Positions 62,140 through 64,000 of a DNA stretch of 64,000 nt are shown piece after piece. Origin of the DNA: Camelus dromedarius. Its lineage: Eukaryota. The notes below the pieces were generated by a model. It was given only the letters and a program-made list of their open reading frames with translations. It was not told the origin of the DNA and made no database searches. The stretch's first letter is position 1. The number at the start of each line of letters is the position of its first letter. The stretch spans positions 42,100,001 through 42,164,000 of the forward strand of contig NC_087436.1 of the NCBI RefSeq assembly GCF_036321535.1, read 5' to 3'. Made by a program: the position numbers and the translations under genes.

Positions 62140-64000
62140 ATATTTTTTATTGTACAAAATTCAGTGAGGGCTTCAGGTTCTATTACTTAATAAATGAAAA
62201 TGCTTTGTAACACCTGAGATATTTAATGTTGGTGTTAGACTTTGAGTAGATTTACACTGTAATTCTTTTATGTAAATAACACAGTATAATTTTACATGTA
62301 GTTCTGATTTTTCAGTATGAACTTGGATTATATATTGCTTGTTGAATAAATCTGCCAGTTTTATCAAACTAGGCATATTATCAGAAATCTCCTGGATTAT
62401 GTGAATTATTTCTTAAATTATGTCTTATTCACCCAAAGGTAAAGAGTGCAAATTATATACTTATTGTGTGCCTTTTGGTTTCCATATTTTGAAAATTAAG
62501 AGCACTCAAGCTAGTCTCCCCCTGCCCTGAGTCAGAAGCTCAAATACCCAAGTTACTGGGAAATTGTAACATTTTGCAGAATTTGTAGAAAAATGACAAT
62601 ATGAATATCTTAATTGTATGGATTTCTGAGGCACTGCTAACTAAAATTTGTTAGAAAAATGTTTTGCTATCTGCCAAAATTTTCACTAGCATTTTTGCAT
62701 GAAATGATGTCTTTAAAAGCTGGCTAAAATTTTTACCATCTCAGAAGAAAGGAGGATAATGCATATTCTGGGGAATTTCGCTAATAGAACTCATTTATTC
62801 TTAAACTTTGTCATATAAGATTTAAGTTTTCTATTTCAAATTGTTTTTGATTATACCAATTGCAAAAAAAGCATTCTCTTAATGTGATTTTGTATTTACA
62901 AACCAGCTGAATTACTTAGAAAAAGAAAAAATAATTATATTTTCAATAATAAAGCAGACCACTGTATTTTCCCTTGAAGTTGTTTTGTCACTTTATTTCA
63001 GTTCTCTTGTTTTTAAATCTTTTTGAAGTGGAGTCATTCAATTTTAGCCGCATTTTGGGATTTGGTGAATAGCTGAGCTATAAAGAGAAAAGACAAGACA
63101 TAACTGATAGCCCCTGCACCACTGGCACCTAAAATACCACCAGCTGAACAGAAGGCTTGGTCAACGGTTGGTGAATGAATGAATAAAATGTATTTCTTAA
63201 ATAAGAACTTTCACAAACTGAAAGCACAAAAAATATGAAGTTAAGTCTGTTTAGTATATCCAGGACCATTACCATAGATTTGAGGGCTCATTCTGTGCTG
63301 GCCATTATGCTAAATGTTTTAAACACACACACACAAAAACTATTGTAAACATTTAGTGTAGTGGCTGGCACAGAGTATGTGTGCGGGCACGTGTGTGTGT
63401 ATGTATTTATGATAAGCTCATGGAGTAATTGTTGTCATACAAATAAGGAGTTCAGAAGATACAGATTAGTAAATGTTGGAGTGAGCCTTCAAAGTCTAGA
63501 CTCTCAGACAACCAGCGCCTGAGTTTGAGATACGACTCAAAAAATAAATTCCTGAGGATGTTCCTGATGAAGCAACAGATGGCATGGGCGTTACATCACA
63601 AGCCAGGAGTGAGTGTGGAGCTCTGTGGTGCACACAAAGGCTCTCTGACGTATTCTTGCCTCCTGAGTGTCCCCAAGTGCCCTGCACATACATCTGCACA
63701 TACATCATACATAGAGCACTTTACCTTTTAAGTACCAACGTGTCCTTGTCTCCCACCAGATCACAAGCTCCGTGAAGGAGAGGTTGCTCTTATCATCTGC
63801 AAACTCCCCTGATACTTAGCATATTGACTGGGACGTAACAGGTATCACTGAAAGTCAAATAATTTCCGCTCCCACCCCTTCAAGGCAGTTCCTAAGTTCT
63901 CGTGGATAAATATTCTTTCTTCAGTTCGCTACAATTGTGTATTTCAGAAGAGGTACTTACTGTACAATGGTCTGCAAAATGCTTCACAACAAACTGAACT

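Noticed and set aside
1..64000. Calling the gene EFCAB14 itself, or any prokaryotic system (CRISPR, operon)
   Set aside because: EFCAB14 is strongly conserved in mammals and this protein matches only in architecture and C-terminus; the window is clearly mammalian intron-rich DNA with no spacer arrays.

Overview
Mammalian genomic DNA, AT-rich and repeat-rich. Two tRNA-derived SINEs resemble camelid SINEs, which suggests a camel or alpaca source (inference). Most ORFs in the supplied track are noise. Splice-site and phase analysis by hand recovers two fully interleaved multi-exon genes. (1) On the + strand is a gene of at least 9 exons (36-58629, possible last exon 61955-62055). It encodes a predicted type II membrane glycoprotein of about 420-450 aa: cytosolic N-terminus, one TM helix, a coiled-coil stalk with seven N-glycosylation sequons, and two C-terminal EF-hands. 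It looks like a very divergent paralogue of EFCAB14, with one unresolved frame problem in exon 5. (2) On the - strand is a chain of about 13-15 GT-AG exons (about 44830 to 1236) lying in the introns of the first gene. Their splice phases join consistently, but many carry in-frame stops, which suggests a decayed unitary pseudogene of a protein I cannot name. The introns hold L1 3' ends (one 5'-inverted, one inside a 110-bp duplication), a long fragmented L3/CR1 fossil, L2, MIR, MLT LTRs, MER5/MER58 and microsatellites. All homology calls rest on recalled family sequences, not database searches. Repeat boundaries are approximate.
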